64,000 bases of DNA from Candidatus Woesearchaeota archaeon (GCA_965205335.1 OZ242164.1:1088001-1152000), one strand, 5' to 3'. Shown: positions 48,949-58,928, counted from the stretch's first letter. The notes: generated from the letters alone by a model not told the origin. Numbers and translations are program-made.

Positions 48949-49207
48949 TGGTATAATTGTAAATTATAGAAGGGGAAGAAGAACCCAGACAACTAATCAG
49001 ATGATTATTTTAGTTCCGCAATATGATAAGGAGAAGGCTAATACTCTTATTGGAAAGGAAGTTGTTTATGTTTGCTTGGGAAAAAATAAAACTCAGATTA
49101 AGGGTAAGATAACATCTGTTCATGGTAATAAGGGAGCAGTTCGGGCTTTGTTTGAGAGAGGAGTTCCCGGTCAGGCGATTGGAGATAAGATAGAGGTGAG
49201 GGTGTAA
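48941..49207 (+). CDS. rpl35ae: 50S ribosomal protein eL33 (L35Ae)
   Basis: NYRRGRRTQ, GKITSVHGNKGAVRALF..PGQAIG. Confidence 0.96.
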   Translation: MVDGIIVNYRRGRRTQTTNQMIILVPQYDKEKANTLIGKEVVYVCLGKNKTQIKGKITSVHGNKGAVRALFERGVPGQAIGDKIEVRV

Positions 49208-49210
49208 AAA

Positions 49211-49900
49211 ATGGCAAAGTTGAGAAAGTGGTGTGCTTACAGGAAGGTTGAAAGACCTTATACAAGATGGTCTAAGGTTAGAAAGAAAGCATTTGTAAAG
49301 TCAAGACCAGGTAAGAAAGTAATCAAGTTTGATATGGGAGATATAATCGGAGGATATAAGCAATTTGATACTCATTTAACTCTTGTTTCAAAGGATTTAG
49401 CTCAGATTAGAACTAATGCAATTGAGGCTTCAAGAATTACAGGTCTTAAGAAGTTAGAATTAAGACTTGGTAGAATGGGGTTTTATTTTAGAATTAGAGC
49501 AGTTCCTCATCAAGTTATTCGAGAAAATGCATTAGCGGCAGGAGCTGGAGCAGATAGACTTTCAACTGGTATGAAACATTCTTTTGGGAAAATGATTGGA
49601 ACAGCATGTCAGGTTCAGAAAGATAAAGTGATTTATGATTTGTATGTTCCTCGTGAGCATGAAAATCTTGCAAGAGAGATTCTAAAGAAAATGTCCGGAA
49701 AGTTGCCAATTAGAACAACAATTAAGTGTGAATATGTTAAAGCCATTGAGCTAACTGAGGAAGAGAAAGCCGCAAGGGATGCTAAGGAAGCAGCAAGGAT
49801 GGAAGCTAAGGAGGATATCGAGGAAGAGGAAGGAAAAGAAGAAGTGGCAAGTGATGAAAAAAGTGATTCTACAAATGAAAAAGAAGTTAAGGAAGAATAG
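49211..49900 (+). CDS. rpl10e: 50S ribosomal protein uL16 (L10e) with acidic tail
   Basis: RPYTR, IRENALAAGAGADRLSTGMKHSFGK. Confidence 0.97.
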   Translation: MAKLRKWCAYRKVERPYTRWSKVRKKAFVKSRPGKKVIKFDMGDIIGGYKQFDTHLTLVSKDLAQIRTNAIEASRITGLKKLELRLGRMGFYFRIRAVPHQVIRENALAAGAGADRLSTGMKHSFGKMIGTACQVQKDKVIYDLYVPREHENLAREILKKMSGKLPIRTTIKCEYVKAIELTEEEKAARDAKEAARMEAKEDIEEEEGKEEVASDEKSDSTNEKEVKEE

Positions 49901-49948
49901 TATTCTTTCAATAAGTTTTTTAAATGTTTAACACTAATTTATTGTATT

Positions 49949-50023
49949 GGCCCTGTGGTCTAGTCTGGATATGACAACAGCCTTCTAAGCTGTGGATCGC
50001 CAGTTCAAATCTGGCCAGGGTCG
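49949..50023 (+). tRNA. tRNA-Arg(TCT)
   Basis: Cloverleaf; ACAGC-CT-TCT-AA-GCTGT. Confidence 0.96.
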
Positions 50024-50094
50024 TTAATATATAAGAGGTTTTTAGTTTGTGTGCAAAAAACTTTTTAAAAGGAAAAGTTTTTCCTCTTATAAAT

Positions 50095-50169
50095 CCCCCT
50101 GTGGTGTAGTCCGGCCAATCATTTCGGCCTTTCGAGCCGAGGACCTGGGTTCAAATCCCGGCGGGGGGG
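50095..50169 (+). tRNA. tRNA-Glu(TTC)
   Basis: Cloverleaf; TCGGC-CT-TTC-GA-GCCGA. Confidence 0.94.
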
Positions 50170-50269
50170 CTTTTGTTTAATTCTTTTTATATAAAACCCA
50201 ATAACTTCAATTTTCAAGAAAAATATAAACTAAGAAATCACCTGTAATATGTATCTTTTAAATAGAATT

Positions 50270-50617
50270 CTAATGCTCATTTTGTTTGTCTTTATCTTTG
50301 GGGATTTTAATTTCTTTATGAGGCAGAAGAGCTGCTTCAAGAATTTTTGAGCGTATTTCCTGTGTGCGTCTTAATTGTTCAATATAACTTGCAGATTCAA
50401 TTAGTTCATCAAAGAATTCCATTATGTTTTCATCTTTTATTACTGAACCATCTTTAAAACTCATACTGATAATGTAGTTTTTCTCATCACAATCTATTAG
50501 AAAGTAATAGTCTTCTAATTTTACATAACAAGCCTGAACCAGAATTTCTTTGGGATAAATGTTCTTGTTGATTTTAATAGTTGCAGTTTTGCCATCAATT
50601 GAATAATTTTTCTTCAT
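50270..50617 (-). CDS. hxsD: His-Xaa-Ser system protein HxsD
   Basis: INKNIYPKEILVQACY..YYFLID, EFFDELI..TQEIRSKILEAAL; adjacent to hxsB. Confidence 0.8.
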   Translation of the reverse strand: MKKNYSIDGKTATIKINKNIYPKEILVQACYVKLEDYYFLIDCDEKNYIISMSFKDGSVIKDENIMEFFDELIESASYIEQLRRTQEIRSKILEAALLPHKEIKIPKDKDKQNEH

Positions 50618-50638
50618 GATAGTACATAAAAAGAAATG

Positions 50639-50646
50639 TTTATAAA
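50639..50646. promoter_or_regulatory. Palindromic TATA box TTTATAAA shared by divergent hxsD and hxsB
   Basis: Exactly 21 nt from each ATG in a 50-bp spacer. Confidence 0.75.
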
Positions 50647-50667
50647 TATTCTTCTTGTGGAAATAAT

Positions 50668-52092
50668 ATGTTTCTCAAAAAAGAAGGAGAAGATCACATT
50701 CTGAATTTTTATAGGCATAAATTATATGATAAAAAAAGAAATCTGTATCTTTTAACAGTTGATGATGGAAATTTCATATTTTTAAATAAGGAAAGTATGA
50801 CAAATCTGAAAAAGGGATTGGTAACAAATGAAGAGATATATGAAAAATTATTAGAGAGGGGAATAATTATTAATGATTCAAATTTTAATGATATTGTTAA
50901 GAAGACAAGAAAGAGATATGCTTTTCTTATGAATGGAACTTCACTTCATATTGTTATTCCAACGTCAAGGTGTAATCTTGGATGTACTTATTGTTTTGCA
51001 TCACCTGACCCTATAACTGCCCCTCGTGACGAAAAGGATTTAGATGAGAAAACGGCAATTAAGATAGTTGATTTTATTATGAATTCTCCGTCTAATGTAA
51101 TAACTATTGAGTTTCAGGGCGGTGAGGCAACTGCAAGATTTGATTTAGTAAAAATTATGGCACAACATGCAAAGAAATTAAATGAGAAACTAAAGAAGGA
51201 TTTGAGATTAACTATTGTTTCAAATTTAACTCTTATGACAGATGATATGGCAAATTGGTTAATTGATAATGATGTTAGTATTTGCACATCACTTGATGGA
51301 CCAAGATATGTTCATGATGAAAATAGGTTTATCCATGTAAGAGAGGGGAAAGAGGTTGGAACTCATGATAAGGTTATTTACTGGATTAAAAGGATAAATG
51401 GTTTCTATAAGGAAAAGAAGAAGCAGGGACAAGTTTCTGCTCTTATGACTATAACAAAGCACTCTCTTCCTTATTATAAGGAGATAGTTGATGAGTATGT
51501 TTCTCTTGGGATTTATTTGCTTGATATAAGGCATTTAACGTTTGTTGGAAAAGCAACACAGACTACTCTGCCAATTCATTATAGTGAAAATGAGTTTATT
51601 GATTTTTATAATAAGTCTTTAGAGTATATGAAGGAGCTTGAAAAGAAGGGAATTAGAACGGTAGAACGAATGAGGGATATGTATTATACAAAGGTGTTAG
51701 TGAATAGACCAACATATCATGCTGATTTTGAAAGTCCATGTGGAGCGGCAACAGGACAGATTGTATATCATTCAAATGGAGATATTTATACTTGTCATGA
51801 AGCGTTAGGGCGTGATGAGTTTAGACTTGGAAATGTGTTTTCTGATTCTTGGCAGGATATATTCACAAAGGAAGAGACATCTAAAGCTATACTTAATTCA
51901 ATGCTTGAATCAAATGTTAAATGTGATAGGTGTGTTTTCAAACCATATTGCGGAACATGTATGGTTGAGAATTTTTATCATTTCGGAAAGTTTAATTTTT
52001 ATCCAACAAAGACTGCAAAGCATAGTGAGACTATAATGCAGTGCACAAAGATATTTGATGAGGTTCTGGAAAAGGCACTGAAAGTTGATTAA
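50668..52092 (+). CDS. hxsB: His-Xaa-Ser system radical SAM/SPASM maturase HxsB
   Basis: SLHIVIPTSRCNLGCTYCFAS, TIEFQGGE, SPCGAATGQ..NGDIYTC, CDRCVFKPYCGTC. Confidence 0.88.
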   Translation: MFLKKEGEDHILNFYRHKLYDKKRNLYLLTVDDGNFIFLNKESMTNLKKGLVTNEEIYEKLLERGIIINDSNFNDIVKKTRKRYAFLMNGTSLHIVIPTSRCNLGCTYCFASPDPITAPRDEKDLDEKTAIKIVDFIMNSPSNVITIEFQGGEATARFDLVKIMAQHAKKLNEKLKKDLRLTIVSNLTLMTDDMANWLIDNDVSICTSLDGPRYVHDENRFIHVREGKEVGTHDKVIYWIKRINGFYKEKKKQGQVSALMTITKHSLPYYKEIVDEYVSLGIYLLDIRHLTFVGKATQTTLPIHYSENEFIDFYNKSLEYMKELEKKGIRTVERMRDMYYTKVLVNRPTYHADFESPCGAATGQIVYHSNGDIYTCHEALGRDEFRLGNVFSDSWQDIFTKEETSKAILNSMLESNVKCDRCVFKPYCGTCMVENFYHFGKFNFYPTKTAKHSETIMQCTKIFDEVLEKALKVD

Positions 52093-52191
52093 TACAATAT
52101 GAATCAATTATTCCTATTTCATATAGAGAACCTAAAAGATTATATAATAGCAACCAAAGATTTAAAAAGAATTTAGATATTCTATATTTAC

Positions 52192-52437
52192 ATGGCTGAA
52201 TTTGATAAGAGTTTAGATGTTGAATTATTCGGAGAAGAAGTTGATTTCGAAACGACTAAAATTAGAGTTTCTGTTATGAGTTATAATGAAGGAAGACCTA
52301 AAGTCCAAATTTCAAGAGAGAATTTTGATGCTAATTTGGAGGAGTGGAGATGGTCAAAACTTGGCAGAATGACAAAGGAAGAAACCTTAGAGGTTATTCC
52401 ATTGCTTCAAAAAGCATTAGAGAATATACCTGAGTAA
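52192..52437 (+). CDS. Small conserved protein, PC4/YdbC-like
   Basis: VSVMSYNEGRPKVQISR..KLGRMTKEE. Confidence 0.65.
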   Translation: MAEFDKSLDVELFGEEVDFETTKIRVSVMSYNEGRPKVQISRENFDANLEEWRWSKLGRMTKEETLEVIPLLQKALENIPE

Positions 52438-52461
52438 GTTCAATTAATTAACTCAAATTTA

Positions 52462-52629
52462 AGTAGTGTTATAGGTATGGGAAATATGTTCTCTGGTGCA
52501 AGTTCATTTAATTGGGATTTGAGCGGTTGGAATATAAGTAGTGTTACCTCCTGTAATATATTAAGTGAGAGTGCTACTTCATAGACATCCTATAATAAAC
52601 CAACTTTTCTTTCACATCTATCTTGTTGA
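52462..52629 (+). pseudogene. DUF285/BspA-like repeat surface protein remnant
   Basis: SSVIGMGNMFSGASSFNWDLSGWNISSVTSC..TS*TSYNKPTF; internal stop, only the C-terminal fragment present. Confidence 0.82.
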
Positions 52630-52768
52630 GTTTTATTTTTTATTCTTTTTTTGGAATTATTTATGATGCATTTAAATAGCAGATTCTAATCATAGTGGGA
52701 CTTCTTAAATTTATTATTACTTTGGAGTTTAAACTAACTTATATATATTTTTCAAAGGGGAATTTTTC

Positions 52769-55700
52769 ATGGTTAGAAGGAATTTATTTGGAATTTTCAT
52801 TAGTATTTTTGTCATTTTTTTTGTTCTTACGGGGATAGAAGTTCTTGTTTTTGCGGATACAAACAGTGTTTGGCATAATGCCTCTGACGTAAGAGGAGGG
52901 GTTTTAGGAAGTGACGAAGGTTTTCAGGATTTTATTTTAAACAGTACATTGAGTTTGAGAGATTCTGGGAAGATAACTGATGTTCCAACCCCGATAAATG
53001 GAAGTGATGCAGTTAATAAAGATTACGTTGATGCCCAAGTTGGAGGAGTATGTAAAAAAGGAGTCTGTACTTGGACGAGGGGCATAGTTTGTCCATCTAG
53101 TTGGACAAAGGTTGGTTCAGGGGAATATGACACTTATGGATTTAGATTAGATCCAAATTTTAATAGCAGTGATAACAATAAAATGGGATCCTTTTGCTGT
53201 AGAAATTTTATTTCTTTCCCTGCTGAAGACGGATTATGCGGTTCGGGTAAAGACACTTGTATTATTGGTAACATTTACAACTCCTCTTCCAATTCAACTC
53301 ATCATATATGGTATTGCAGTGGAGTTAATGGTGGAACTAACTCAAGTATGTGTAGCAAATTAATCCCTTCTACTCCTGTGAATGGAATATGCAATAATGC
53401 GGTAAGAAATGGCTGTACAAGTGGGACATCTAACGATGGAGCATACTCTGACACCCCCACCCACTACAGATGGCGTTGTGATGGTTTGAATGGGGGAAAT
53501 AATTCGGGTATGTGTAGTAAGGCAAAACTGTGTGGAACCTGTCAAGGGACTTGTTCTTCTCCTTCCGGTGTATCATGTGGAACTTCAATACCGGCTGTAT
53601 CTGGCACTTGCTCCATTAGTGGTGCATCTTGCACCAAGACCTGTGGCACAGGCACTTATTGTTCATCTGGGACTTGTGTCGGTGGTTTTTGTATTAGTCA
53701 ACCAGTAGGAGATTGTGATAATTCTAGGAGAAATGGGTGTGGAGTTGGGAGTGCTAATGATTACGCATATGCTGATACAACTTGTGAGCACAGATGGCGT
53801 TGTGATGCATCTGGAGGTAATTCAGTAATGTGTAGTATAGTCAAACCAAGCGCTAATACATGTAATGCACTATCATGTCCTTCCCGATCAAATGTATCAT
53901 GTGGAAGTCCAATACCAGACCAATCAGGCACTTACTCTTGTAGTGGAAACTCCTGCGCTAGAACTTGTTCAGGAACAGGTACCTACTGTCCATCTGGGAC
54001 TTGTACTAGTGGTTCTTGTCGTTGCATCAGCTCTAATACAGCATGTTCAGGAGGTAAATGTGATTATCAAATAGATAATTGTGGTAATAGTGTTTTCTGT
54101 GGTGATTGTCCAGTAGATGGAAATTGGAGTGATTGGAGTTCTTGTTCTGCAACCATTTGTGGTAGTACTGGGAATCAAATGAGAACATGTACAAATCCTT
54201 CTCCACTATATGGTGGGGCTCAATGTAGTGGTAGTAATTCTAGGAGTTGTACTGCGCCAGGTCATCTTGTGAATGGAAACTGGAGTGATTGGAGTGCCTG
54301 TTCAGCAACTGCATGTGATGTAGATGGAGCTCAAACTCGGTCGTGTAATAGTCCCTCTCCTGCTTGCGGAGGGTCTGATTGTAGTGGTTCAAGCAGTAGG
54401 TCTTGTACAGGAACAAATCGAAGGGATGGTGGTTGGAGTTCTTACGGTGCTTGGAGTAATGAAGGTTCCTGTGGTCAGTATGTAAATTGCAGACAGCGCG
54501 AAGAAAAAGAGCGAACCTGCACTAACCCTAGTCCTGGATGCAGTGGTTTAGCCTGTAGTCCTAATTCTCCCATAGAAACACGTGACACCAAATCCTGCGG
54601 CAGGGTTAATGGAGGCTGGAGCACACTCCTTCCCCCAAGTAAAGTGCCATGTGGTGAAACTAGAACCGCTACTTGCAACAGTCCGCATCCGCAATGTGGA
54701 GGGACCTGTCCTGAACCTAGACCATCTGTAACAGGTACCAAATGTTCATCAGGAATCTGTAAAAATGGTGTGTGTAAAACATGTGATGTGATACCAGAGT
54801 GTGGAAGTAGTGCAAACACCTGTTCCTCTGGAGATCATAATCATCATCCATCCGATACTGGTACAAGATTTCTTTGGACTTGTAGGAGTGATCCATATGA
54901 TAGTAGTATATGTACCCCTCATAGAGTATCGTGTGGTGCAGATAAGCCTCCCTGTGAGGTGTGTAATTCCTGTGGACAATGTAATACAGGGCGTGAGGCT
55001 GGTGATGGTAGATGTTATGCTACTACCGATCCTTATCCACTTATTACTGCTCCTCCTGATTCATCTTGTCCTGTAGTAAATTGTGAAGGTTCCTGGAGTG
55101 ATACTAATGTGTGTAGTAAGGCGTGTGGTGGTGGATTTTTGCAACAGGTATTTACTATAACTCAGCAACCACAAAATGGAGGAACTGCATGTCCATCTTC
55201 ACCACGGTGGGGAACAACGTCTTGTAATACTGGATGCTGTCCTGTGAATGGAGTATGTTATTACGTTGATTTTGCCATTGAGGGTTATCACGGTGGATGT
55301 ACTTTTGGAGTGTTAGATGGAGATCCTCATTCTTCTGCTAATTGGTATTGTCAAGGGATTTGTGGTGGAAGTTTTGCCACGTGCGATTCTTGCACGGAAG
55401 AGTTTGGTTGTACTTCTCCGTCTCCACCTCCACCTCCACCTCCTCCACCTCCACCTCCACCACCGAGTTGTGGTGGGTCACGTTGTGATGATGATGGTTA
55501 TTGTACTGCAGATTGTCCTTGTAGTAGTGGAGAGGGTGATTGTGATGGACCTAGTCATTGTTCTCCAGGTTTAGTGTGTTGTAACGATGTTGGGAGTCAA
55601 TATAGTTGTCCAAAGTCTTACACAGATATTTGTTTGAGTTCATGTCCATCTCCACCACCTCCACCTCCTCCACCTCCACCTCCACCACCGAGTTGTGGTG

Positions 55701-56065
55701 GGTCACGTTGTGATGATGATGGTTATTGTACTGCAGATTGTCCTTGTAGTAGTGGAGAGGGTGATTGTGATGGACCTAGTCATTGTTCTCCAGGTTTAGT
55801 GTGTTGTAACGATGTTGGGAGTCAATATAGTTGTCCAAAGTCTTACACAGATATTTGTTTGAGTTCATGTCCATCTCCACCACCTCCACCACCTCCACCT
55901 CCTCCTACAGGGGGTTGTACACCAGCTACAATAGATAATTGTGTCCTTAGTGCTTATGCCACTCACCAACAATTTGAGAGTGGTCATTGCACTGTTGGTG
56001 GAGGTAATTGTGAATATCAATGTTTTAATGGGGCGTGGATAGTCCAAACTCATTGTATAAATTAG
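52769..56065 (+). CDS. Exported Cys-rich surface protein with thrombospondin type-1 repeats and poly-Pro linkers
   Basis: N-terminal signal/TM; DAVNKDYVD; WSDWSxCS..RTCTNPSP..GG..C repeats; GEGDCD modules. Confidence 0.9.
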   Translation: MVRRNLFGIFISIFVIFFVLTGIEVLVFADTNSVWHNASDVRGGVLGSDEGFQDFILNSTLSLRDSGKITDVPTPINGSDAVNKDYVDAQVGGVCKKGVCTWTRGIVCPSSWTKVGSGEYDTYGFRLDPNFNSSDNNKMGSFCCRNFISFPAEDGLCGSGKDTCIIGNIYNSSSNSTHHIWYCSGVNGGTNSSMCSKLIPSTPVNGICNNAVRNGCTSGTSNDGAYSDTPTHYRWRCDGLNGGNNSGMCSKAKLCGTCQGTCSSPSGVSCGTSIPAVSGTCSISGASCTKTCGTGTYCSSGTCVGGFCISQPVGDCDNSRRNGCGVGSANDYAYADTTCEHRWRCDASGGNSVMCSIVKPSANTCNALSCPSRSNVSCGSPIPDQSGTYSCSGNSCARTCSGTGTYCPSGTCTSGSCRCISSNTACSGGKCDYQIDNCGNSVFCGDCPVDGNWSDWSSCSATICGSTGNQMRTCTNPSPLYGGAQCSGSNSRSCTAPGHLVNGNWSDWSACSATACDVDGAQTRSCNSPSPACGGSDCSGSSSRSCTGTNRRDGGWSSYGAWSNEGSCGQYVNCRQREEKERTCTNPSPGCSGLACSPNSPIETRDTKSCGRVNGGWSTLLPPSKVPCGETRTATCNSPHPQCGGTCPEPRPSVTGTKCSSGICKNGVCKTCDVIPECGSSANTCSSGDHNHHPSDTGTRFLWTCRSDPYDSSICTPHRVSCGADKPPCEVCNSCGQCNTGREAGDGRCYATTDPYPLITAPPDSSCPVVNCEGSWSDTNVCSKACGGGFLQQVFTITQQPQNGGTACPSSPRWGTTSCNTGCCPVNGVCYYVDFAIEGYHGGCTFGVLDGDPHSSANWYCQGICGGSFATCDSCTEEFGCTSPSPPPPPPPPPPPPPPSCGGSRCDDDGYCTADCPCSSGEGDCDGPSHCSPGLVCCNDVGSQYSCPKSYTDICLSSCPSPPPPPPPPPPPPPSCGGSRCDDDGYCTADCPCSSGEGDCDGPSHCSPGLVCCNDVGSQYSCPKSYTDICLSSCPSPPPPPPPPPPTGGCTPATIDNCVLSAYATHQQFESGHCTVGGGNCEYQCFNGAWIVQTHCIN
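55466..55900. repeat. Near-exact tandem duplication, 225-bp period (Cys-rich module plus poly-Pro)
   Basis: agttgtggtgggtcacgttgtgatgatgat starts at both 55466 and 55691. Confidence 0.95.
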
Positions 56066-56177
56066 CCCTTTGGATGATGTATATAGATAGGACTTCATAT
56101 CCAATATTATGGAAGACTTTCCTGACAATGAGGTGTGATTTTTCAAATTCTATAAATTTTTGAAGTTTGAATATCAT

Positions 56178-56258
56178 AATCCAATTTTTTGGTGGTGCAG
56201 AGGATCATATGGTGGAAGTAATATTCTTTGCAGTCAAAGTCCTGACCCTCTTCCCTAA
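56178..56258 (+). pseudogene. Relic of a WxCxGxxGG-C surface-protein module
   Basis: NPIFWWCRGSYGGSNILCSQSPDPLP* resembles IWYCSGVNGGTNSSMCSK in the upstream gene. Confidence 0.55.
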
Positions 56259-56349
56259 GAAAAATAGTTCCATTCGGTCAAAATAACTGCAATCTTGCTC
56301 CAACCATATCATACAATAAATAATATAATTAAAACAATTAAAAAATAAT

Positions 56350-58221
56350 CTAAGCCTTCTTCCCTTTCTTACTTGACTTCTTCTTATCTGATTTCTCCTC
56401 TGCTTCAACATCAACGACATTGTCATCAGGCTTTGAACCCTCCTTAGAATTCTCTTTTGAGGAACTTGCCTTTGCTTGCTGCTCCTGAGCCATCTTGGAA
56501 TACATCTCCTGAGCTTCCTTTTGAATCTCATCCATTTTTTCCTTGATCTTTGAAACATTCCTTTTCTCAGCCTTAAGTGTCTCATCCAACTCATTAATCT
56601 TTTCAATAACACCTGATGCAACTTTCTGATCCACCTTATCCTTATTTTCATCAAGAGTCTTCTTAGTCTGGTAAACCAACTGCTCTGCAGAATTCACAGT
56701 TTCAATCTCTTCCTTTCTCTTCTTATCTTCATCTGCATGCTTTTCAGCTTCCTTTTGCATTTTCTCAATTTCCTCCTTAGAAAGATTTGTTGATGCTACA
56801 ATCTTAACCGACTGTTCCTTTCCTGTTCCCAAATCCTTGGCGCAGACATTCACAATACCATTAGCGTCAATATCAAAAGTAACCTCAATCTGTGGAACTC
56901 CCCTTGGAGCAGGTGGAATACCTTCAAGATTAAAAGAACCAATAGCCTTGTTATCATTAAACATAGCCCTCTCTCCCTGTCCTATACGAATAGTTACAGC
57001 CGCCTGATTATCCTCTGCTGTTGAATAAACCTGAGACTTCTTTGTAGGAATAGTTGTATTCTTTTCAATCATCTTCGTAAAAACACCGCCAAGAGTTTCA
57101 ATACCAAGACTTAACGGAGTAACATCAAGCAATAAAACATCCTTAATCTCTCCTGCTAAAACTCCTCCCTGAATAGCTGCTCCTAGTGCAACCGCCTCAT
57201 CAGGATTAACAGACTTATCCGCCTGCTTTCCACTTATCTCCTTTACTAAATCAGAAACTGCAGGAGTTCTTGTTGAACCTCCAACTAAAAGAACCTTATC
57301 AATCTCTGATAACTTCAACTTTGAATCCTTAATTGCTTGCTCTGTTGGTTTTCTTAACTTATCTAAAATAGGAGAAATAAGTTCATTAAACTTAGCCCTT
57401 GTAATCTTCATTTCAAGATGCTTTGGCCCATTAGCATCTGCTGTAATAAAAGGCTCACTAATCTCCGTTTCCAATTTAGATGACAGCTCAATCTTTGATT
57501 TCTCTGTTGCTGTTTTCAGCCTCTGAGCTGCCTGAGGATCTTCTCTTAAATCAATCCCATGTTCCTTCTTGAACTCATCTGCAACATAATCAATAAGAAT
57601 CTTATCAATATCATCTCCTCCCAAATGATTATCTCCTGCTGTTGCTTTTACTTCAAAAACTCCATTATCAAGTTCAAGAACTGAAACATCAAAAGTTCCA
57701 CCTCCAAAATCAAACACTAAAACATTATGTGCACCAGTTTTATCTATACCATAAGCAAGAGCTGCCGCAGTTGGTTCATTAATAATTCTCTCAACCTCAA
57801 AACCTGCAATCTTACCTGCATCCTTTGTTGCCTGTCTTTGCGAATCACTAAAATATGCCGGAACTGTAATTACTGCCTTTTTAATATCTTCTCCAAGATA
57901 ATCCTGTGCATCCTTTTTAATCTTGCTCAAAGTCATTGCTGAAATCTCTTGAGGTGTATAATCCTTTCCATGAATATTTACCTTATAATCCTCTCCCATA
58001 TGTGTTTTAATTGATAAAACTGTTTCATTGGGCTTAACTACTGCTTGTTTCTTAGCAGGCTCTCCCACTATTCTCTCCCCATCCTTTGAAATATGAACAA
58101 CAGATGGAGTGGTCCTTGTCCCTTCCAAATTTGGAATAACTACCGGATTTCCTGATTCAATGATTGAGAAACACGAATTTGTTGTTCCCAAATCAATCCC
58201 TAATATTTTTTCTTTTGCCAT
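56350..58221 (-). CDS. dnaK: Chaperone DnaK (Hsp70)
   Basis: [33 protein letters not shown]. Confidence 0.99.
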   Translation of the reverse strand: MAKEKILGIDLGTTNSCFSIIESGNPVVIPNLEGTRTTPSVVHISKDGERIVGEPAKKQAVVKPNETVLSIKTHMGEDYKVNIHGKDYTPQEISAMTLSKIKKDAQDYLGEDIKKAVITVPAYFSDSQRQATKDAGKIAGFEVERIINEPTAAALAYGIDKTGAHNVLVFDFGGGTFDVSVLELDNGVFEVKATAGDNHLGGDDIDKILIDYVADEFKKEHGIDLREDPQAAQRLKTATEKSKIELSSKLETEISEPFITADANGPKHLEMKITRAKFNELISPILDKLRKPTEQAIKDSKLKLSEIDKVLLVGGSTRTPAVSDLVKEISGKQADKSVNPDEAVALGAAIQGGVLAGEIKDVLLLDVTPLSLGIETLGGVFTKMIEKNTTIPTKKSQVYSTAEDNQAAVTIRIGQGERAMFNDNKAIGSFNLEGIPPAPRGVPQIEVTFDIDANGIVNVCAKDLGTGKEQSVKIVASTNLSKEEIEKMQKEAEKHADEDKKRKEEIETVNSAEQLVYQTKKTLDENKDKVDQKVASGVIEKINELDETLKAEKRNVSKIKEKMDEIQKEAQEMYSKMAQEQQAKASSSKENSKEGSKPDDNVVDVEAEEKSDKKKSSKKGKKA

Positions 58222-58445
58222 TTTCTTAAATATCATTAAATTTTACGTTTTTGATAAAAGCAACTAATTAATTTTAATTTATAAATCTTATTATTTTTTA
58301 ACAAAACTGAAAAAAACAAAGAAAAATAAGAATTTGTGATAATACTAATATGATCTACTTTAATTCATAATTTGCAAAATTAGAAACTCGACATAATTAT
58401 TAAAACACTAAATTTATATACTGATTTAAACTTTTTCTAAATAAA

Positions 58446-58928
58446 ATGACAATAGAACGAACATTTACCATGATTAAGCCTGATGGCGTTCAGAGACAAA
58501 TAGTAGGAGAAATAATCACAAGATTTGAGAAAATAGGATTAAAACTAGTTGGTATGAAATTCATCCATGTAGATGCAGAATTTTCAAAAAAGCATTACTC
58601 AGAACATATTGGCAAACCATTCTACAAAGGACTTGAAGACTTATTAGTAAGCGGTCCCGTTGTTGCTATGGTTTGGGAAGGTGCTAAAGCAGTTGAATTA
58701 GTTCGTAAAATGGTTGGTTCAACTGAACCTGCAAACTCCCAGTCAGGTACAATTAGAGGAGATTATGCCCATATGAGTTATGCAAGAGCAGACGAATTAA
58801 ACATAGGAGTTCCAAACTTAATTCACGCCTCAGACTCTTTGGAAAATGCCCAGAAAGAAATATCTTTGTGGTTTAGCGAATCTGAGATATTTGACAATTA
58901 CGAAACAGTGCATTCAAAATTCATGTAA
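58446..58928 (+). CDS. ndk: Nucleoside diphosphate kinase
   Basis: [28 protein letters not shown]. Confidence 0.98.
   Translation: MTIERTFTMIKPDGVQRQIVGEIITRFEKIGLKLVGMKFIHVDAEFSKKHYSEHIGKPFYKGLEDLLVSGPVVAMVWEGAKAVELVRKMVGSTEPANSQSGTIRGDYAHMSYARADELNIGVPNLIHASDSLENAQKEISLWFSESEIFDNYETVHSKFM

Noticed and set aside
53169-56654. Many short alternative-frame ORFs within the TSP1 gene and dnaK
   Set aside because: Shadows of GC-richer or biased coding sequence; no motifs.
56350-58236. dnaK without adjacent grpE/dnaJ
   Set aside because: Partners may lie elsewhere; operon break-up is common in DPANN genomes.
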